From: Bacteroidia bacterium
Lineage (GTDB): Bacteria; Bacteroidota; Bacteroidia; UKL13-3
Direction of reading: 5' to 3'
NCBI GenBank assembly: GCA_044239605.1
Contig: JBIIBC010000003.1
Coordinates: 154,287 to 218,286 of the forward strand
Length of the DNA stretch: 64,000 nt
The notes beneath the pieces are model-generated. The model ran no database searches. It had not been told where the DNA came from and worked only from the letters and a program-made list of their open reading frames with translations. Positions 60,693 through 64,000 of the stretch are shown here, piece by piece. The position numbers and the translations under genes are program-made. How positions within the stretch are numbered: the first letter of the stretch is position 1; every line of letters starts with the position of its first letter.

Positions 60693-62108
60693 TTACCCTA
60701 AAGCCTTAATTTCACTCACTAATTGAGTCAAAGCTTTTTTTGCATCGCCAAATAACATGCTGGTTTTTGGCTTGTAAAACAATTCGTTTTCAATGCCTGC
60801 GTATCCTGCTTTCATGCTTCGTTTGTTTACTATTACATTTGTTGCATTTTCTACATCCAAAATTGGCATTCCGTAAATAGGTGAAGTAGGATCAGTTTTA
60901 GCTGCAGGATTAACCACATCGTTTGCACCCACTACTAATACTACATCAGTAGTAGCAAACTCAGGGTTTACTTCTTCCATTTCAATTAATTTATCGTAGC
61001 TAACATTACTTTCGGCAAGCAATACATTCATGTGTCCTGGCATACGTCCTGCTACAGGATGAATGGCATATTTTACATCAATGCCTTCCGCTTCTAATAG
61101 CAATTCTAAATCGTGTACAATGTGTTGCGCTTGTGCCACCGCCAATCCATATCCAGGAACAATGATAACTTTTTTAGCATATTTCATTAAAATGGCAGCA
61201 TCGCTTGCAGTTACTTCTTTAACTGTTCCATCAAAATTAGCTGAACCCATAGCTTCGCCAGTGGCACCACCACCAAAGTTTCCAATCAATACATTTACCA
61301 AAGAACGGTTCATGGCTTTACACATTACAATTGTTAGTAATGTTCCGGCAGAACCCACTAAAATACCACCTACCAACATTACTTTGTTATCGTATAAAAA
61401 TCCACCACAAGCCGCAGCCACACCAGTAAATGAGTTTAACAACGAAATTACAACAGGCATATCTGCACCTCCAATTGGCAATACAAACAATACTCCGTAA
61501 ATTAATGATAAAGCGAAAACAGCATAAAATAACTCAGCAGTGTAAGCTGTATTTCCTAATATCATCACTCCTGAAAGCACCAATATTACTAGCAATAAAC
61601 CAATATTGATTAACTGCTGCATACCTAATGATTTGTCTTTTACATTACCGCTTAATTTACCCCAAGCTATGATACTTCCAGCAAACGAAACCGAACCAAT
61701 GATTAAACCCAAAACAATGGTTAGTAAATGTCCAGCAGCTACGGTTGATAAATCAACTTCGGCTAAATGTTTAAACTCTATAATTGAAATAAGCATGGCA
61801 CAAGCGCCACCCATTCCATTGAATAAACTCACCATTTCGGGCATTGCGGTCATTTGTACTTTTTTGGCCACTATCCAACCAACTACAGCTCCAACAGCCA
61901 AAGCCGCAAAAATAAACCCAAGGTTATGCAAATGCGCCCCTGTTTCGGTGGTATATAAAAATATAGTTCCAAAAATGGCTATTACCATACCAAAGGCAGC
62001 CATTAAATTACCCTTGCGCGCAGTGGCAGGATTTCCTAAAAATTTTAAACCTGCAATAAAAGTTACTGAGGCAATAAGGTAGATTATTTGTAGTATGTTA
62101 TTTTCCAT
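60693..62108 (-). CDS. pntB: NAD(P) transhydrogenase subunit beta
   Basis: MTAMPEMV, IGGADMPVVISLLNS, VPGYGLAVAQAQ, HPVAGRMPGHMNVLLAE, GANDVVNP. Confidence 0.97.
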   Translation of the reverse strand: MENNILQIIYLIASVTFIAGLKFLGNPATARKGNLMAAFGMVIAIFGTIFLYTTETGAHLHNLGFIFAALAVGAVVGWIVAKKVQMTAMPEMVSLFNGMGGACAMLISIIEFKHLAEVDLSTVAAGHLLTIVLGLIIGSVSFAGSIIAWGKLSGNVKDKSLGMQQLINIGLLLVILVLSGVMILGNTAYTAELFYAVFALSLIYGVLFVLPIGGADMPVVISLLNSFTGVAAACGGFLYDNKVMLVGGILVGSAGTLLTIVMCKAMNRSLVNVLIGNFGGGATGEAMGSANFDGTVKEVTASDAAILMKYAKKVIIVPGYGLAVAQAQHIVHDLELLLEAEGIDVKYAIHPVAGRMPGHMNVLLAESNVSYDKLIEMEEVNPEFATTDVVLVVGANDVVNPAAKTDPTSPIYGMPILDVENATNVIVNKRSMKAGYAGIENELFYKPKTSMLFGDAKKALTQLVSEIKALG

Positions 62109-62177
62109 AAATTCGAAATTTAAAATTCGAAATTCGAAAGATATTTAGAAAATTCTAAGCTCGAAATTCGAAAATTT
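62109..62177 (-). repeat. AAATTCG heptamer tract, 3' arm of FHB cassette 2, abutting the pntB ATG
   Basis: AAATTCG AAATTTA AAATTCG AAATTCG ... AAATTCT AAGCTCG AAATTCG. Confidence 0.85.
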
Positions 62178-62196
62178 ATTTTGTGTTTTTTACTTT

Positions 62197-62565
62197 TTAT
62201 TTTTTTGTTAAATTTTTTAAAATAGACCCAAAAATCAACATCAATTCATGAGATTCCTGAATTAACTTTATTCTTTCTGATTCTAATATTTCATTATTTT
62301 CTGTATCAACTAATCGTAACCAAAACTTACTTTCTTTAGCTTCTTTTCTGCAAATTCTAACTTTCATTAGTTTGTCTTTTTCACCAAGGCTATCATTGGC
62401 TTCAATGTAATTTGCACCAACAGAACCAGATGAGCGAACTAGTTGCTTTCCATCTTCTATATTATTTATATTTCTTGGAAGTTTTTTAATAAAAAACCTA
62501 ACTTTAAGAGCAAACTGAAAAGTTCGTTCTTCTAAATCATATATTTTATTTACTTCTTCTTTCAA
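62197..62565 (-). CDS. Four helix bundle protein (TIGR02436), copy 2
   Basis: YDLEERTFQFA, KQLVRSSGSVGANYIEA, ICRKEAKESKFWL. Confidence 0.92.
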   Translation of the reverse strand: MKEEVNKIYDLEERTFQFALKVRFFIKKLPRNINNIEDGKQLVRSSGSVGANYIEANDSLGEKDKLMKVRICRKEAKESKFWLRLVDTENNEILESERIKLIQESHELMLIFGSILKNLTKK

Positions 62566-62586
62566 TTCTAGATTATTTATAAATTC

Positions 62587-62639
62587 TTCGAATTTCGGAT
62601 TTATTTTTTTCGAATTTCGTACTTAATTATTCGAATTTA
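62587..62639 (-). repeat. CGAATTT heptamer tract, 5' arm of FHB cassette 2
   Basis: CGAATTT CGGATTT ... CGAATTT CGTACTT ... CGAATTT, the reverse complement of AAATTCG. Confidence 0.85.
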
Positions 62640-62644
62640 AAGCC

Positions 62645-62938
62645 TTACTTTTTCTTCTTAAACATTTCCAGCATCCTATCGGTTACTACAAAGCCGCCTA
62701 CTACGTTAAGTGTTCCTAATACCACAGCTAAAAAACCAAGTATTAATGAAGCAACGTGTTCTGCTTGTCCCATTACAATAATAGAACCTATAATTACTAC
62801 GCCATGTATGGCATTAGCACCACTCATTAAGGGTGTATGTAAAACTGATGGCACATGGCCAATTAATTCAATACCTACAAATATCATTAAGATAATGAGG
62901 TAAAACATTTCGATGTGTTGGGTGATGAATGTTAACAT
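62645..62938 (-). CDS. pntA: NAD(P) transhydrogenase subunit alpha, membrane part (PntAB)
   Basis: VPSVLHTPLMSGANAIHG, NVVGGFVVTDRMLEMFK. Confidence 0.95.
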   Translation of the reverse strand: MLTFITQHIEMFYLIILMIFVGIELIGHVPSVLHTPLMSGANAIHGVVIIGSIIVMGQAEHVASLILGFLAVVLGTLNVVGGFVVTDRMLEMFKKKK

Positions 62939-62955
62939 ATTTTTATTTATGATTT

Positions 62956-63011
62956 TTGACTTGTTGATTATTAAATTTATTGATTGGGAGATTTAAAGAT
63001 TTGTTAATTTT
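62956..63011 (-). repeat. Period-8 tract (nnGATTnn), 3' arm of FHB cassette 3
   Basis: TTGACTTG TTGATTAT TAAATTTA TTGATTGG GAGATTTA AAGATTTG TTAATTTT. Confidence 0.75.
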
Positions 63012-63014
63012 ATT

Positions 63015-63386
63015 CTATTTATTTAATTTCATTGTTTTTCTTGATGCCGCCATAATTGATAATATTTCAAGCGCTTCTTGATGTAATTTTTTTGTTTTAT
63101 CATCTTTATTTATTTCAGATTCTATAATGATTTCCAACCATAATAAAGTTTCGTCAGCTTCTTCAACTACGATACTTAATTTAGAGAAAAACTCAGCATC
63201 AGACCTTGCCCTACATACTGCTCTATAATTTGCGGCTACTGATGTTGCAGAACGCAATAATTGTTTTCCAATTATTTTTGCTTCTTCCGTTTTAGGTAAA
63301 TTTCTATAAAATTTAACTATTTCAACTGCAAACAATTTTGTTCTTAATTTCAATTTATCGGCTGTCATCTTTTCATTATTCATCAT
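63015..63386 (-). CDS. Four helix bundle protein (TIGR02436), copy 3
   Basis: LKLRTKLFA, KQLLRSATSVAANYRAVCRARS..EFFSKL.IVVEEADET..WLE. Confidence 0.93.
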   Translation of the reverse strand: MMNNEKMTADKLKLRTKLFAVEIVKFYRNLPKTEEAKIIGKQLLRSATSVAANYRAVCRARSDAEFFSKLSIVVEEADETLLWLEIIIESEINKDDKTKKLHQEALEILSIMAASRKTMKLNK

Positions 63387-63392
63387 TTTCTT

Positions 63393-63440
63393 AATAATTA
63401 AATCAATAATTCAAAAAATCTCAAAATCTATAAATTGAAG
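63393..63440 (-). repeat. Period-8 tract (AATCnnnA), 5' arm of FHB cassette 3
   Basis: AATAATTA AATCAATA ATTCAAAA AATCTCAA AATCTATA AATTGAAG. Confidence 0.75.
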
Positions 63441-63441
63441 T

Positions 63442-63999
63442 TTACTTCAACAACTTCCCTTTGTGCGTTATAAATGTTCCTTTGGTTATTTCTTCTTCCA
63501 TTTCATATTTAAAGCCATCTTTGGTAGCTAAATGGGTCAATAAATTTTGAATGTTTTTGGCATACAATTCACTTGCGTTTTGTGGCAATGTACTAGGCAA
63601 ATTACTTTGACCAACAATGGTTACACCATGTTTGGTAACAGTTTTATTCAACTCACTTAACTCGCAATTACCGCCTTGTTCCACAGCCATATCAACTATT
63701 ACTGCGCCTAATTTCATTTGTTTTACTTGCTCTTCGGTAATTAAGACAGGTGCTTTTTTACCCATTACCAAAGCGGTTGTAATCACTAAATCAGCTTGGA
63801 ATAAACTTTTGTTTACTGCTTCTTTTTGTTTTAATAAATAATCAGCGCTTACTTCCTTAGCGTATCCACCTTCTACTTTAGCAGCTTCAGCATCTTTTAC
63901 TTCAATGAACTTGCCTCCTAAACTTTCAATTTGTTCTTTGGTTTCGGGCCTAACATCGGTACATTCAACTACAGCGCCTAAACGCTTAGCGGTGGCAAT
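63442..63999 (-). CDS. pntA: NAD(P) transhydrogenase subunit alpha, soluble part (PntAA), C-terminal portion; runs off window end
   Basis: Open frame IATAKRLGAVVECTDVRPETKEQIESLGGKF...GGYAKE...DLVITTAL..GKKAP...VDMAVEQGGNC. Confidence 0.95.
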   Translation of the reverse strand: MATAKRLGAVVECTDVRPETKEQIESLGGKFIEVKDAEAAKVEGGYAKEVSADYLLKQKEAVNKSLFQADLVITTALVMGKKAPVLITEEQVKQMKLGAVIVDMAVEQGGNCELSELNKTVTKHGVTIVGQSNLPSTLPQNASELYAKNIQNLLTHLATKDGFKYEMEEEITKGTFITHKGKLLK

Positions 64000-64000
64000 G

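Noticed and set aside
5835-63841. Numerous short antisense or nested ORFs in the track (e.g. 5835-6197, 10138-10503, 14770-15171, 38852-39235, 61063-61500, 61606-62082)
   Set aside because: These are shadows of well-supported genes on the opposite strand or in another frame, with no independent motifs.

Overview
AT-rich chromosomal window from a Bacteroidota bacterium (evidence: SprA, T9SS C-terminal domains and TAnnTTTG promoter boxes). It is mostly housekeeping genes: partial sppA, ruvA, prmA, hmgA-hppD, greA, lpxK, PNP, a membrane pyrophosphatase, recA, a split pntA/pntB transhydrogenase, tRNA-Pro and tRNA-Ser. Type IX secretion genes are also present: sprA, a DUF5103 plug, several CTD substrates, and a TonB-dependent receptor / CTD protein / PorV-paralog triad. 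The most striking signal is three divergent four-helix-bundle genes (23S rRNA IVS protein / bAvd-like, TIGR02436) inserted inside housekeeping operons, two of them interleaved in the pnt operon. Each is bracketed by its own degenerate 7-8-nt tandem repeat upstream and the reverse complement downstream, so the mRNA could loop out the ORF in a long stem. An ORF-less version and a half version carrying a different gene occur in the hmgA-hppD operon. Together these look like a family of mRNA intervening-sequence-like cassettes. Also seen: single in-frame stops in a HIT gene and a PI3K/HipA-like gene, an internally deleted DUF1016 gene, a Cys/Met-rich tail on the pyrophosphatase, a bacterial pentameric ligand-gated channel, and a duplicated terminator around an orphan lipoprotein. 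All family assignments come from motif recognition by eye; no searches were run.
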